Below, in pieces: positions 1 to 11,510 of a stretch of 64,000 nucleotides of DNA; the stretch's first letter is position 1; every line of letters begins with the position of its first letter. A model generated the notes under the pieces. It saw nothing but the letters and a program-made list of their open reading frames with translations, was not told where the DNA came from and ran no database searches. Location: assembly GCA_051599415.1 (NCBI GenBank), contig AP039715.1:310001-374000 (forward strand), written 5' to 3'. The DNA is from Savitreella phatthalungensis. Lineage: Eukaryota. A program made the translations under genes and the position numbers.

Positions 1-1124
1 CTGTAACCATGGGCACTGCTATCCGCTACCTCAAACGAGAGATCTCAACCCGATCGATCGACAAGCCTGACGACGTGCTGAAGGAGGAGCTCCACAGCGC
101 GATCGAAACATTTGTCAGGGAGCGTATTGACATGTCCCGAGCGGTGATTGCACGCTCTGCTGCAGGCAGAATCCGCGACGGAGACGTCGTCCTCGTCTAT
201 GCTCACTCAACCACAGTTCTCTCAACGCTACGCGAAGCAGTCCGACGCGGTCGTACTTTCGCAGTCGTCGTCGTCGACAGCAGACCAAGATTCGAAGGAC
301 GTAAAATGTTGAGCGACATCCTCGCTATCGGATCAGGCAACACAACGACCGCCCCGACCGTTGTGGTCGACGCCTTCTCGCCAGACGGCAGCATGGTCCT
401 ACCCACACAGCCAGCGACTCCTGCTCCAGAACCTTACACCGATGAGGAGGATGAAGACGATGATGACAATGAGGATGAAGATCGCGGCGAGGACACCACG
501 CGACGGAAGCGACGAGGAGGACGCATCACACGAGCAACATACGTCCACCTCTCTGGCCTCGACTACGTAATGCCGCTGGTAACGAAAGTGCTCTTGGGCG
601 CTCATGCGCTCCTTGCCAACGGCGCCTTGTACTCTCGTGCAGGGACAGCTGTCGTTGCCTGCGCAGCGCACGCCAAGCAAGTTCCCTGCGTCGTTCTCGC
701 GGAGACGTACAAGTTCAGCGAGCGCGTTCTCCTCGACTCGTTTGTGATGAACGAGATTGGTCCTGACGCCATGCTCGCCTTGCCCACCTCCCATCATGCA
801 AAAGCCAACAACGATGACGAGTCTTCTCCACAAGCACCGCCGTCCGCTCCGCAAGGCAAAACCGGTAAGCAGCCTGACAAACATCCCAACAAGCCCGACA
901 AGGCCGGTGCACCGAACGACAACGCCGCCAACCCTTCAAAGCAACCGCTCTCAGGCGAAGACCTCATCAGCGCAGGCAGACTCACTCGACTAGATCTCCT
1001 CTACGACGTCACCCCTGCCAAGTACCTCACTCTCTGCGTCAGCGAACTAGGCTCACTCCCAACAACCGCCGTCCCAGCGGCACTTCGCGAGCAATCACGC
1101 GATCTCGGCATCGTCGCAGCTTAG
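1..1124 (+). CDS. GCD2: Translation initiation factor eIF2B delta subunit (5'-truncated by window edge)
   Basis: IF-2B motifs: VTMGTAIRYLK, VVVDSRPRFEG, LLGAHALLANGALYSRAGTA, ETYKFSERVLLDSFVMNE, LLYDVTP. The ATG at 9 is probably internal. Confidence 0.93.
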   Translation, partial: VTMGTAIRYLKREISTRSIDKPDDVLKEELHSAIETFVRERIDMSRAVIARSAAGRIRDGDVVLVYAHSTTVLSTLREAVRRGRTFAVVVVDSRPRFEGRKMLSDILAIGSGNTTTAPTVVVDAFSPDGSMVLPTQPATPAPEPYTDEEDEDDDDNEDEDRGEDTTRRKRRGGRITRATYVHLSGLDYVMPLVTKVLLGAHALLANGALYSRAGTAVVACAAHAKQVPCVVLAETYKFSERVLLDSFVMNEIGPDAMLALPTSHHAKANNDDESSPQAPPSAPQGKTGKQPDKHPNKPDKAGAPNDNAANPSKQPLSGEDLISAGRLTRLDLLYDVTPAKYLTLCVSELGSLPTTAVPAALREQSRDLGIVAA

Positions 1125-1207
1125 CGTAACATACCGAACCATTCACAAGTACCCAATAACTCGCTGTAATTTCCGTGTACAATCTACAATCTATGAGGAA
1201 TGACCTG

Positions 1208-2860
1208 CTACTCCCACTCAATCGTTGCCGGTGGCTTTTGGGAGATGTCGTAGACGCATCGATTGACGCCAGCGACTTCGTTCAGGATGCGCGAGGACAC
1301 CTTCCTCAAAAACTTTGCCTCAAAGTCGAACCAGTCGCAGGTCATAAAGTCGGAAGTCTCGACTGCGCGAAGCGCTATCACCTGCTCGTACGTGCGCTTA
1401 TCTCCGGCAACGCCGACTGCGCGGACCGGAAGCAGCGCAGCATAAGCCTGAGCAATCTTGTCGTACAATCCAGCAGCCCTGATCTCGTCAATGAAAATCT
1501 TGTCTGCTGCCCGCGCAATCCGACACTGGTCGGCAGTGATGGGGCCGAGGATCCGGATGGCGATGCCAGGACCAGGGAACGGGTGGCGGCCGACAAGTTC
1601 AGCAGAGATACCAAGCTCGCGACCCATGGCACGCACCTCGTCCTTGAATAGCTCCCGCAGAGGCTCTATCAGTTTCAACTTCATGTCCTTCAGGAGACCG
1701 CCGACGTTGTGATGGGTTTTGATCGTTTGGGAGGGACCTTTGAACGAGATGGACTCGATCACGTCAGGGTACAAGGTGCCCTGGAGGAGGTAGTCGATCT
1801 GGCCTCCGGACGAGGCATCGATCTCCTTTGCCACGCGCTCAAACACCCGGATGAATTGGTTGCCGATGATCTTGCGCTTCTGCTCAGGATCGCTCACACC
1901 TTCCAACAACCCCAGAAACTCGGCCGAAGCATCCTCCACACGCAGGTTGATACCCAAATCACCTTGCAGCGTCTTCTTCACCTGCACAGCCTCATCCAGT
2001 CGCAGCAACCCGTTGTCCACGAGCACAGCGTGGAAGCGGTCGCCAATCGCCTCCTGCATCAGCTTCGCAGCAACCGTAGAGTCGACGCCACCAGACACAG
2101 CGCCAATCACCTGGCCTGTTGGGCCGACCAGTTCACGAATCCGCTCGACTTCGAGCTGTGCGAAGGTGGTCATGTTCCAGCTCGGGTTGCATCCGCAGAC
2201 TGTGATGGCAAAGTTCTGGATGAGCTTTGTGCCGTGTGGTGTGTGCGTGACTTCTGGGTGGAACTGAATGCCGTAGATCGGGCTGGTGGTGTGGGCGATG
2301 GCTGCGTAAGGCGCGTTTGTCGTGCTCGCCACAACTTCAAACCCGGCAGGCAGTCCAGACAACTTGTCCCCGTGAGACATCCACACAGTCAGATCATCCC
2401 CGAGCCCATCGAACAGCGCAGTCAGTCGAGGCCGCGCCTTGTCGTGCCGCAACGACAGCGTCGCATGTCCATACTCACGGTGCGTCCCTGCAGCAACCCC
2501 ACGCCCATTGTGCCAAGCGAGCTCCTGCAGCCCATAGCAGATCCCCAAAATCGGCAGACCCAACTCAAACACCTCCTTCGACACGTGTGGTGCGCCGTCC
2601 TCGTACACGGAGTACGGACCGCCAGAGAAGATCAGACCCTTCGGGTGGAGCGCGCGGATCTCAGCCAAGGACGCAGTGCATGGCAGCATCTCAGAGTAGA
2701 TGTTCAGGTCACGCAACCGACGCGTAATCAGGTGAGTGTACTGTGATCCAAAGTCGAGAATCAGGATCGTGTCAAACGCAGCGGCAGGCGCATCAGCCTG
2801 GCCACCAGAACCAACATTTCCAGCCGCTGGGATATCACCGGCAGTTGTAGACGACGCCAT
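1208..2860 (-). CDS. GUA1: GMP synthase (glutamine-hydrolysing)
   Basis: [40 protein letters not shown]-terminal KPPATIEWE; intronless. Confidence 0.98.
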   Translation of the reverse strand: MASSTTAGDIPAAGNVGSGGQADAPAAAFDTILILDFGSQYTHLITRRLRDLNIYSEMLPCTASLAEIRALHPKGLIFSGGPYSVYEDGAPHVSKEVFELGLPILGICYGLQELAWHNGRGVAAGTHREYGHATLSLRHDKARPRLTALFDGLGDDLTVWMSHGDKLSGLPAGFEVVASTTNAPYAAIAHTTSPIYGIQFHPEVTHTPHGTKLIQNFAITVCGCNPSWNMTTFAQLEVERIRELVGPTGQVIGAVSGGVDSTVAAKLMQEAIGDRFHAVLVDNGLLRLDEAVQVKKTLQGDLGINLRVEDASAEFLGLLEGVSDPEQKRKIIGNQFIRVFERVAKEIDASSGGQIDYLLQGTLYPDVIESISFKGPSQTIKTHHNVGGLLKDMKLKLIEPLRELFKDEVRAMGRELGISAELVGRHPFPGPGIAIRILGPITADQCRIARAADKIFIDEIRAAGLYDKIAQAYAALLPVRAVGVAGDKRTYEQVIALRAVETSDFMTCDWFDFEAKFLRKVSSRILNEVAGVNRCVYDISQKPPATIEWE

Positions 2861-3362
2861 AGCTCAGTAGACACACTAAAGATCAAGCAGCCTTGTGGCG
2901 ATCGATATGGCGAAGGTTTACAGACTGCTACCCTGTAGGCTGACGGCTGCCTAACGTCCTTGAACCTGTTGTGCAAGGACGAGTAGATAGATGAATGAGT
3001 TAAAGTGAGTCAGTGAGTCAGTGAGTAAGTGAGTGAGTAAGTGATACCTGCCACAAGCTTGAATCAAACTTTTTTTTTTCCTTTCTTTCTTTTCACGTGA
3101 TTGCTAACACGAAGCTCACACGTAACAAGCACAAGACACTCTCTCCTTCACTCACGTACGAAGCAGTCTTTCACGGCGCGAGGCAGCTACGACAACGATC
3201 CGGCTGGAGTCACACGTATTCGTCGGCTTGCGCTTACGAGTCATTGCATCATCTGGTTGTCGAGAGTGGTTGTCAGAGGCACAGGCTGGGGAGACGCTAG
3301 TTAAATAGCCCGACCGCGGTAGACCGCGAACCAACTTGGTCCTCATCCTTTCTCCAGCAGGA

Positions 3363-5678
3363 ATGTCTCGAGACTCCCCTCGTAGGCCTTCGAGTACGGT
3401 CCCAGGTGGTCATCATGACCGTGACCAAATCTTCCGCTCAGACTTTCAGACTGTTGTTGATGGTCTCACGGATCTGTCCTACAAGGTGACCTCAACGGCG
3501 TCAGCATGGATCAACCCAACATCCTCACTCGTCAAGGACATCGCGCCACATCTCAAGCGGCCGTCCTTTCAGAAACGCTTGTTATCAAGTACATCACCGC
3601 ACGAACTCTTACGGAACAATCTCTCACCTTCCGAGATCAGCTACAGGCAGATCACCTACCTGTCCGATGACCTGCTCAGGGATATTCCTGACACGCCGCC
3701 TTTGCAGTCCGGTGAAAACTCACAAGCGTTCACACTTTTCCAGGGTTTCGAGGCATCTCTTCCTCAGCCATCTGCACGTCAGCTCAAATCACGCGCATCA
3801 CAGACGACACGCAACCACCACCATCACAGCCACAACCATCGGAGATCTGGCAGCACATCTGGAAGCCGGCGTAAGGCAGGCATTGCCACACCAGAGTCAT
3901 GCCGCCTCGAGCGCGAGCGGGACATCCAGTCGTCCGCCCTCGACACGCTCCGCATACGTAAAGCTTTGGCCTCGACGGAAATCAAGGAAGTTGATACAAA
4001 GCTAGCACAGCTAAAGTCGATGCGATCGGAACTCATGTCACGGTTGGAGGGACTCGAGGCTGACGAAGCGCTCGCAGTCCAGGAGCTCGAGTTCATCGAA
4101 GTACGGCTTGCACAAGCTGTCGAAGATGAAGAACGGCTAGCGACCTCATCGTTGGGTGGCTCCACCGCTGTCTTGGATGAAGAAGCGTCAGATCGCTTTG
4201 ACCTGTCGGAAGATACAGCGCCGACCACAAACAACAATTCTCCTTTCATGTCAGAGGCCACTTTCGTGTCCCGCAGCTCCGGATCCCGTCAGACCTCGTA
4301 CGGTAGCCCACGTACCGCAGGGTCAAAGAGCCACCGAAAATCGTCACGCAGGCGATCGACCCCATTGCTTCAGCAACATTTTGAGCCTGGTCAACTGATG
4401 AAGTCCTTCGCTGCACACGCCGAGACTATCACAGCCATGGACTTTGACTACCCATTCGGCACGCTAGTCACAGCATCACTCGATGACACCACCCGTGTCT
4501 GGAACTTGGCCACAGGCAAATGCACCACCATGCTCGAAGGCCATGCAGCCTCTGTCAGATGTCTGCAGCTTGATGACGGCATCGTGGTGACAGGTTCCGC
4601 TGATGCGAAGCTCAAAGTTTGGGACCTGACATCCGATGCGCGTGCTCACGCATCGACGTTATCGAATCTGATCAACAAGAGTCGTGCTAATGGCGGGGAC
4701 ATCACAGACAGTGAGTCCGAGGTGAACGAATCACCCAGCCGCCGTGCTTCCTCGTCCCGTCAGTCAGTCGATCTAGGCGTCCCGGATCACTGTCTGCACA
4801 CGCTCGATGCGCATATTGGCGAGGTCACGGCACTCCACTTCCAGAGCAATGTCCTGGTCAGTGGCTCGGCAGACAAGACCATTCGCCACTGGGATCTATC
4901 CCAGGGCCGACTACTCCAGACTCTTGACATCCTTTCGCACGCCTCCCTTCCGACACCCCGAGCTCGCGGCCACCACTCTCGTATTGGCAGCGGCATGAGT
5001 GACAGTAGTATGAGCATGAGTATGACACGATCACTTTCCGCTAGTTCCTTCCGACCCACAGGTTCTTACTTCGACCTCCCGCCAGACACACCTTCGTCCA
5101 TCGACCAAGCGCTATTTAGCCCGCCGCGACCGTCATGGCAGCAGCAACGGCAACCATCATTTCTCGGAACCGGTGAGGGGGCCGCTGGCGGTCACCTTCC
5201 ACCGTACGTTGGCGCGCTTCAGTGCTTCGAGCAAGGTCTCGCAGCCGGCACTGCCGACGGAATGGTTCGATTCTGGGATCTGCGTACCGGTGGCGTTGCG
5301 AGGGAGCTCTTCGGCCACACCGGTCCAGTGACGTCTGTACAATTCGACGCACTCCACCTCGTCTCCGGCTCGCTCGACAGAAGCGTCCGGATCTGGGACC
5401 TTCGCACAGGCGCAATCGCAGACGCTTTCGCCTACGAGCAGCCCATCCAACACCTTCACTTCGACCAGCGCAAAATCGTCACAGCAGCAGGAGAGCCCTT
5501 CGTTCGTGTGTACGATCGAATCGAGTCAAGGCACTGGGGCTGCGGAGAGGACGACGATGTCGGCCAATACGCAGACCATTCAGCACCTCGCCGCGCCAAC
5601 GTCGTCAGGGTCAGGCAGAGAGAGAACGTCTGCATCGGTGGCAGGGACGATGGCACGGTCTCCGTCTGGGCCGTCTAA
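3363..5678 (+). CDS. MDV1: Mitochondrial fission adaptor Mdv1/Caf4 (N-terminal extension, coiled coil, WD40)
   Basis: TLFQGF motif, coiled coil, WD40 repeats starting AHAETITAMDFDYPFGTLVTASLDDT; first ATG at 3363. Confidence 0.92.
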   Translation: MSRDSPRRPSSTVPGGHHDRDQIFRSDFQTVVDGLTDLSYKVTSTASAWINPTSSLVKDIAPHLKRPSFQKRLLSSTSPHELLRNNLSPSEISYRQITYLSDDLLRDIPDTPPLQSGENSQAFTLFQGFEASLPQPSARQLKSRASQTTRNHHHHSHNHRRSGSTSGSRRKAGIATPESCRLERERDIQSSALDTLRIRKALASTEIKEVDTKLAQLKSMRSELMSRLEGLEADEALAVQELEFIEVRLAQAVEDEERLATSSLGGSTAVLDEEASDRFDLSEDTAPTTNNNSPFMSEATFVSRSSGSRQTSYGSPRTAGSKSHRKSSRRRSTPLLQQHFEPGQLMKSFAAHAETITAMDFDYPFGTLVTASLDDTTRVWNLATGKCTTMLEGHAASVRCLQLDDGIVVTGSADAKLKVWDLTSDARAHASTLSNLINKSRANGGDITDSESEVNESPSRRASSSRQSVDLGVPDHCLHTLDAHIGEVTALHFQSNVLVSGSADKTIRHWDLSQGRLLQTLDILSHASLPTPRARGHHSRIGSGMSDSSMSMSMTRSLSASSFRPTGSYFDLPPDTPSSIDQALFSPPRPSWQQQRQPSFLGTGEGAAGGHLPPYVGALQCFEQGLAAGTADGMVRFWDLRTGGVARELFGHTGPVTSVQFDALHLVSGSLDRSVRIWDLRTGAIADAFAYEQPIQHLHFDQRKIVTAAGEPFVRVYDRIESRHWGCGEDDDVGQYADHSAPRRANVVRVRQRENVCIGGRDDGTVSVWAV

Positions 5679-5808
5679 AGAGTGACGCGTAGCCCCAAAA
5701 CACAAGCTCCGTCTTGAGTTATGCGATGTTGACTGGATGTCGTTCTAAGGCTCTACTACTGTACAAAGAGAATCGGCATCTATGAATGAATGATACGCTC
5801 CACCGTGT

Positions 5809-6720
5809 TTATCCTAGGGCTGCGCGCGTGTACTCATAGCAGAGGAAAGTGGCGGCGTTCGCAGGGGCCGCACGAATGAGCACCGGTGTGAATCCTCTGA
5901 CGAAAGCCCTTGCGCCTTCCCTTGCAAGCGTCTGCCTGAAGCAGTCGAAACTGTTGCGGTACTTTTGCGCTGCACCGAATCCATCGGTCTGGAGTCTCGA
6001 CTTGACCACGTCCACAGGGTAAGACGTCAGCCACATCGAGTATCCTGCAGCCGCGCCAAACCCGCACAACTTCCAAGCCGGAATCCTCTCGCGCTTGCCT
6101 TCGAGCGACAAATCGTTCCGCAACTCACGCCTAACAAGCGACTCATACGTGAAGAAGTAGATACCCGTGCCGTGAGATTCTCGCAGACACGTCGGACCGT
6201 ATCCCTTGAAGATCGATCGAATGCCCCTGTGTGCGTAGATCTTGCGTGCGGCGTCGACAGGGCCGTCGTACAGCTTGCCTGAGCCTGACGGCTGTGCCTG
6301 GAGACGGATACGGATATGTTCGACTGGGCCGACGATGATGGAGTTGGCTGCGCCTGCGAGTGCACCTGAGGCGTACAGCTGGCCACCGCTCAGCGGCGCT
6401 CCGCCATTACGGCCATCGAAGAGCCGCTTCATCGCACCAAACACACCAAACTGGATCGACACGCATGCACCCACACCAATCAGCGGCGTCAGCGTGCCCT
6501 TGTAGAAAGCCAGCGCACCTTCCCTCGCAAACGTCTTCTTCGCACAGTCGAGCGCACCGCTGTACAGTGGGTTCGTGTGAGACTGAGTCTGGATTCGCAC
6601 CTTCACCGTATCAAACGGCTGACCAGCGAGAACCTGACCAATACCGCCGGCAGTCCCGGCAAGGCAGTCCTTCAGCGCCTTGTATGGGTCAGCTGCCGCT
6701 TCCACTGGAGACGAAGCCAT
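5809..6720 (-). CDS. YMC1: Mitochondrial carrier (SLC25), Ymc1/Ymc2-like
   Basis: Three carrier signatures (PFDTVKVR, PVEHIRIR, PVDVVKSR) and FYKGTLTPLIGVGACVSIQF; ATG 6720 chosen as start. Confidence 0.85.
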   Translation of the reverse strand: MASSPVEAAADPYKALKDCLAGTAGGIGQVLAGQPFDTVKVRIQTQSHTNPLYSGALDCAKKTFAREGALAFYKGTLTPLIGVGACVSIQFGVFGAMKRLFDGRNGGAPLSGGQLYASGALAGAANSIIVGPVEHIRIRLQAQPSGSGKLYDGPVDAARKIYAHRGIRSIFKGYGPTCLRESHGTGIYFFTYESLVRRELRNDLSLEGKRERIPAWKLCGFGAAAGYSMWLTSYPVDVVKSRLQTDGFGAAQKYRNSFDCFRQTLAREGARAFVRGFTPVLIRAAPANAATFLCYEYTRAALG

Positions 6721-6970
6721 CTTGGTCGTCCTGGACTGAAGAAGGAGGAGGTGGTAGTAGACGTCGTACGACCTTGCTTTTATCTCACTGCCTGAGCAAC
6801 AGAGAGGTCGCACAAAAGTCAAGAATGCAGCCCGTGTCACAGAAACATATTTTCTGTGCGAGCGTCTGATCAATCTTCGGTGGAATGCACGCATATCACA
6901 TCACACGAGCACCGAAGCACGTCAGGGACAGCAAAGCACACCCAACCCCACAAGTCGCCAGTCAGCGTTC

Positions 6971-8125
6971 ATGGTCGAGATTGAAGAGACCCCGATCACT
7001 CTGACCGCGTCGCCGGGCTTGTCTGACGAGTCCGCAGGTGAGGATGGTGATGAACGGGTGTCGAAGCGGCAGAAGACGACGTGCACGGTGTGTGGGGAGG
7101 ACGGCGGACGTTATAAATGCCCTCGGTGTTCGACGGTGTCGTGCTCGTTGTCGTGCGTGAGGGCACACAAGTCCGTGGACGGGTGTTCTGGCGTCCGTGA
7201 TCGGACATCGTTCGTTTCCAAATCGGCGTACACGCAGGCACACTTCGACAGCGACTACAACTTCCTCACAGCCGTCGAACGCACGGTCGACAACGCGCTA
7301 CGCCACAACCACACCACGACCCATCGCGGCCGAGGCAACCCGACACACCAAGCAGAGCGCCACAGAGCCGCATGGATACGCCGGTGTGGGGACGATGCCG
7401 GGGTGACAGTGGTGCCTGTGCCGAGCGGGCTCGGTCGTCGGAAGATGAATCGGAGTGGGTGGGCTGGGAAACAGGGCTGCCTTCGGTGGACTGTGGAGTG
7501 GGTGTTTGTTGGTAGCGCAACCGAGGACAAACCCATCACGGTCGTGAGTGCCAGTCTCCTCGAAACCACCGTGCTCGCCCAAGCCCTCTCACCACTGCTC
7601 AAGCAGCCACACATTTCCGCAGTACTTCCCACCAACCGACAACCGACACTAGCCATCAAACACCACCCACACCCGGACGCCGACCTCCTAGCTCTCACAC
7701 AGGAGCACACACTCGCACAAGCACTCCGAGGCATCACCGTCCACGAGTTCCCGACCATCTACGTGTACGCGACTGCGCCAGCCGATTTGGTGTCGATCAA
7801 TCCGCCACCGGCGGAGGAGCTCGGTGTCCCGCAGTCGTCGATTGATGCGGTGCTGGCATCGATCGCCGAAGTCCACGACAATGGACCACCGCAGGAGCAG
7901 CGTACCCAGACGACACCACCCACGCAGGTCGACACAGGTCGCGCTGGACTCGGACCTGACTTCATCTCCCTGGGTATGTATGACAGCGAGAGTGGCGGCG
8001 AGAGTGCGGATGAGGGCGAGGTCACGCAGGAGGGAGATAGCCAGACTGGAGAGAGTTTAGGCGCAGAGGCGAGTGTATCGTTATTTGGCTTGCAGGCCGG
8101 AACACCAGGGAAGGGGGATGCATAA
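6971..8125 (+). CDS. BCD1: Box C/D snoRNP assembly factor Bcd1 (zf-HIT)
   Basis: zf-HIT CTVC..YKCPRC..CSLSCVRAHK..CSGVRD, then SDYNFL, WTVEW, VHEFPTIYV. Confidence 0.9.
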   Translation: MVEIEETPITLTASPGLSDESAGEDGDERVSKRQKTTCTVCGEDGGRYKCPRCSTVSCSLSCVRAHKSVDGCSGVRDRTSFVSKSAYTQAHFDSDYNFLTAVERTVDNALRHNHTTTHRGRGNPTHQAERHRAAWIRRCGDDAGVTVVPVPSGLGRRKMNRSGWAGKQGCLRWTVEWVFVGSATEDKPITVVSASLLETTVLAQALSPLLKQPHISAVLPTNRQPTLAIKHHPHPDADLLALTQEHTLAQALRGITVHEFPTIYVYATAPADLVSINPPPAEELGVPQSSIDAVLASIAEVHDNGPPQEQRTQTTPPTQVDTGRAGLGPDFISLGMYDSESGGESADEGEVTQEGDSQTGESLGAEASVSLFGLQAGTPGKGDA

Positions 8126-8200
8126 CGAGGTGATGTCCGAAGGACAATGAGATTTGAATGACGAAAGAATATAGAAGGTGGAGAGAGGGACATACATAGT

Positions 8201-9082
8201 CTAGTGGAATTTACCTGGAACGATTGGGAGACTTGCGGCGAGGCCGCCATCGACGGGGAGAGCGATACCGTTGACGTAGGACGCCTCGTCTGAGCAGAGG
8301 AAGAGGACTGCGTGTGCTTCTTCCTCTGAGATGCCGTACCTGCGTGTTGGGTTGAGCTGGCCGATCTTGGCCTGGGTGCCACGAGCGCGGGATGCGTCAA
8401 ACACCATCTTGGTCATGCCAGTCTCGATCAGGCCTGGGCAGAGGGCGTTGACGCGGACACCAGTGCCGGCGAGCTGGTAGGCGGACGTCTGGCAGAGGTT
8501 GATGACGGCAGCCTTGGATGCAGAGTAGTCAGAAGACCCTGCACCTGACCGGATCCCAGCAACACTCGCAGTCGCCACAATCGAACCACCAGGGATCTCC
8601 TTTCCCTCGCACGTCAGCGCCATCGCCTCGGATGCATACTTGACGGCGAGGAACACGCTCAGCGCGTTCACCCGCATCGTCTCCATGAACGCCTCGGCAT
8701 TCGCGTTCGCGATCAGGTTCAGCGTCACGACGCCGGCATTCGCAAAGAAGATGTCGAGGCGGCCGTACGTCTTGACCGCGTCGTTCACACAAGCCTCCAG
8801 CTTCGCCTCGTCCGCAGCATCGTACTCCATCGGGTGCACCGTCGTCGAGGGGTATGCAGACTCGATCGACTTTTTCAAGTCGTCCAGGTTAGAAGAGTCA
8901 TAGTCGCACACGTACAGACCCTTCACACCGCGCGCCGCAAACAGCCTCGCAGTCGCAGCACCAATCCCAATCACAGAGTTGCAGCCGGTGATGATGGCAA
9001 CCTTGCCAGAGAGTGTCGTCGCAGGCTGCTTCTTCAGGTGGTCAGCCACGATCTTGAGCCGGTCTTGTGCCGAGACAGTCAT
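8201..9082 (-). CDS. Short-chain dehydrogenase/reductase with N-terminal PTS2
   Basis: TGCNSVIGIG Rossmann motif, ANAG, YSASK catalytic motif, VNALCPG; N-terminal RLKIVADHL. Confidence 0.9.
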   Translation of the reverse strand: MTVSAQDRLKIVADHLKKQPATTLSGKVAIITGCNSVIGIGAATARLFAARGVKGLYVCDYDSSNLDDLKKSIESAYPSTTVHPMEYDAADEAKLEACVNDAVKTYGRLDIFFANAGVVTLNLIANANAEAFMETMRVNALSVFLAVKYASEAMALTCEGKEIPGGSIVATASVAGIRSGAGSSDYSASKAAVINLCQTSAYQLAGTGVRVNALCPGLIETGMTKMVFDASRARGTQAKIGQLNPTRRYGISEEEAHAVLFLCSDEASYVNGIALPVDGGLAASLPIVPGKFH

Positions 9083-10705
9083 GGTGGAAAGATAGAAATG
9101 GAGAGCACGTGTGTTGTGTGACAAGTGCTTAGATCAACGATTTATGTGAGTGAAGGCCTGAGCGAGACAGGTTACAACCTGTTGCCTGGACAGAGATGTC
9201 ACGGTGTATGATTCGGAGAGTGGTTGCCGTACAAGGTTGTCGTGGTGGCCTGTGTCTGTCTAGTCCCACCCCACAATCTGAGAGGATACCTGCACGCGGT
9301 CTAATGTGCTATTGAACCTGTGGATTGATTGTACGATGGATGATGGTTCAGGCAACTCCCGCTTCTCATGATCAGTGTTTGGCAGTTGACCCCAGATTCA
9401 GAATTGGAAAAACTAAAGAGAATAAATTCTGCTCAGATTCGGATGAAGCAGAAGAAAGATGCCGAGGTGGGAGCAGGTCACGTGTTCCGAAGTCATCTGG
9501 ACTCAACCACTCGAGTCGGTGATCCTTTTACAGTAGCTGTCTTTGCTTCTGGCGCGCAAGGTCCTCGTCATGAGTCCAGCACGTCCATTGTCATTCTGAC
9601 TGATTGAATGAGTCATGACGACCAAGTGACTAAGCTTTATCAAGACTGTCAGCGTAGAGCAGCGTAGAGCAGCATGACTTTGGAAAACTCACATCGTCTG
9701 TGTAGTGGATGATGAAAGCTGAGAAGGATGCTCAAATGCAACTGTAGTCAACGGATCAAACTATTGAGGGATTGCACGTTCTACCACAGAAACTAGAGCA
9801 TACAAATGAGATGCTTATCAATGCAGGAGATGGTGATGATCATGATGATGTAAATGGTCAAGCAGTAAAAGAGTACAAGCGTCCCGCGTTCTCTCAGACA
9901 GTATCGATATACTGTACATCTGGCAATGGACTGAAGGAGATTGCCACGAACGGGATGCAACTGGGTCTCTCCAGCCAGAGTGAACAAACAGAGGAGATAC
10001 AAGGATGCACATATTCGTGATTGTTCAGGTTGCAATAATTACATTCGACTGATCATTTGGATGCAGAAAATGAAGAATGGATATCTGGAAGACATTCGGT
10101 GATGCTGAGGAAGGGATGCGCTTCCATGGTTGAGCAGGCCAGCGGACAGGCAGGTTGACGATTGAGTGAGTGAGTGAGTGAGTGAATTCACGTGCACTAC
10201 CCAGAACATGACCATGCTGCTCGAATGCAGGATCACTGTCGAAATGCAGTCAGAGCGTATTCAGAAATCCAGAAATCCAGGAGATATCGAGAACATATAA
10301 AATAGGAACATAAATTCATAATTAAGAGAATGAATTGAACTAGATTAAATTATAATCCAGATTCAAATCATCTAAAGCTGCAAAATGTCCTACACGTGAT
10401 TCGATAGAGTGAGAATGATGTCATTTGCAGATCAGCTCTGTCTCTCTTTCTTGTCCAATCTATTCTGTCGAGGCTGAGCTATACTCTGTCAAGCACAAGC
10501 ACAGTACAGCACAATCCAGCCGACACTTCTCTACTCTCTACACTCACACACCCACGTACACTCACACGCACACACCACAACCACCGACACCATCCACTAA
10601 CCCACATCATCTCTCAACAACATATCTGTTCATCAGCCAACGTCATCTCAAGCTAGAAAAGCACACAGACAAACAACAGGTCTAATTCTTCTACACAAAC
10701 ACAAC

Positions 10706-11082
10706 ATGAGCGACATTGCCAACACAGACCGTCAGGACGAGGGAGTTGCCAACGCCCACAAGGACGTAAGTTATCAATCCTGAACCTAACCATAACTTAG
10801 ATTCTTTCTTCCATCCTCCCAAACCTCATACCTAACGCTTCATAGATTGACAACAAGGACCAGCGATCCCTTGCTAACCGTGTCGAGGCTGAGAAGAAGC
10901 ACGAGAAGGAGGAAGAGGAGCGTGCAAATCTGCCAGGTCCAGACCCTCGTCAGGCTGCACTCGACAACGGCAACGAACCATCCCGTGGAGCCAAGATTGA
11001 CGCTGCAATCGAGCAGGAGGAGGCAGCAGAGCTTGCCAAGAAGGAAGAGGCAAAGGCTCAGGCTGCCGCTGCAAAGAAGTAA
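10706..11082 (+). CDS. Small hydrophilic 98-aa protein, 2 exons (10706-10765, 10846-11082); absent from ORF track
   Basis: ACAAC-ATG start, GTAAGT donor at 10766, CTAAC branch, TAG acceptor ending 10845; spliced frame open (MSDIANTDRQDEGVANAHKD/IDNKDQRSLANR..GNEPSRGAKIDAAIEQEE..KK*). Confidence 0.85.
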
Positions 11083-11510
11083 AGTTACTATACAATAGCA
11101 ACAGACGACAGATGGACTCTTGAGTCTGTTGTACCGCACCTTACGGTTCAGCGTTCTTCCTGCCAGAGGAGCGATGGACTGCAGGTACAAATAGCATAAT
11201 GGACGGCAAGCATATCCACTACGACGTCCAACCCAGATTTGTCAATTCCTTGCAACGTGGGGCTCTTGTTCTCGCCCATTACTTATCGATCTGGATCACG
11301 TAGACCTTGACGGTGAGTTCATGCTTGTGCTCTTGCTCGTGTCTCTATGAGGTTTGTTCACGGGCGTCATTGGCCTATGGTTGTGAACGTGTCCAGATTC
11401 AAGATCGACAATAACTTTGCAGATCCTTTCCCGTCAACAACATAAGGTTGAACCGTCAACCATACCGAAAATACAATGTGAAGCTCAACGGTGCTAGCAG
11501 GTGATTCATC

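Noticed and set aside
1709..2746. 345-aa plus-strand ORF and many similar antisense or alternate-frame ORFs
   Set aside because: These are shadows of GC-rich, codon-biased genes (GUA1, CCT1, GDE1 and others) and have no recognisable domains.
9278..9330. CTGAGA..ATACC..GAACCTG, resembling a TPP riboswitch core
   Set aside because: It lacks the downstream GAT..TAAT..GCG P4/P5 elements and is not in an intron or UTR of a thiamine gene.
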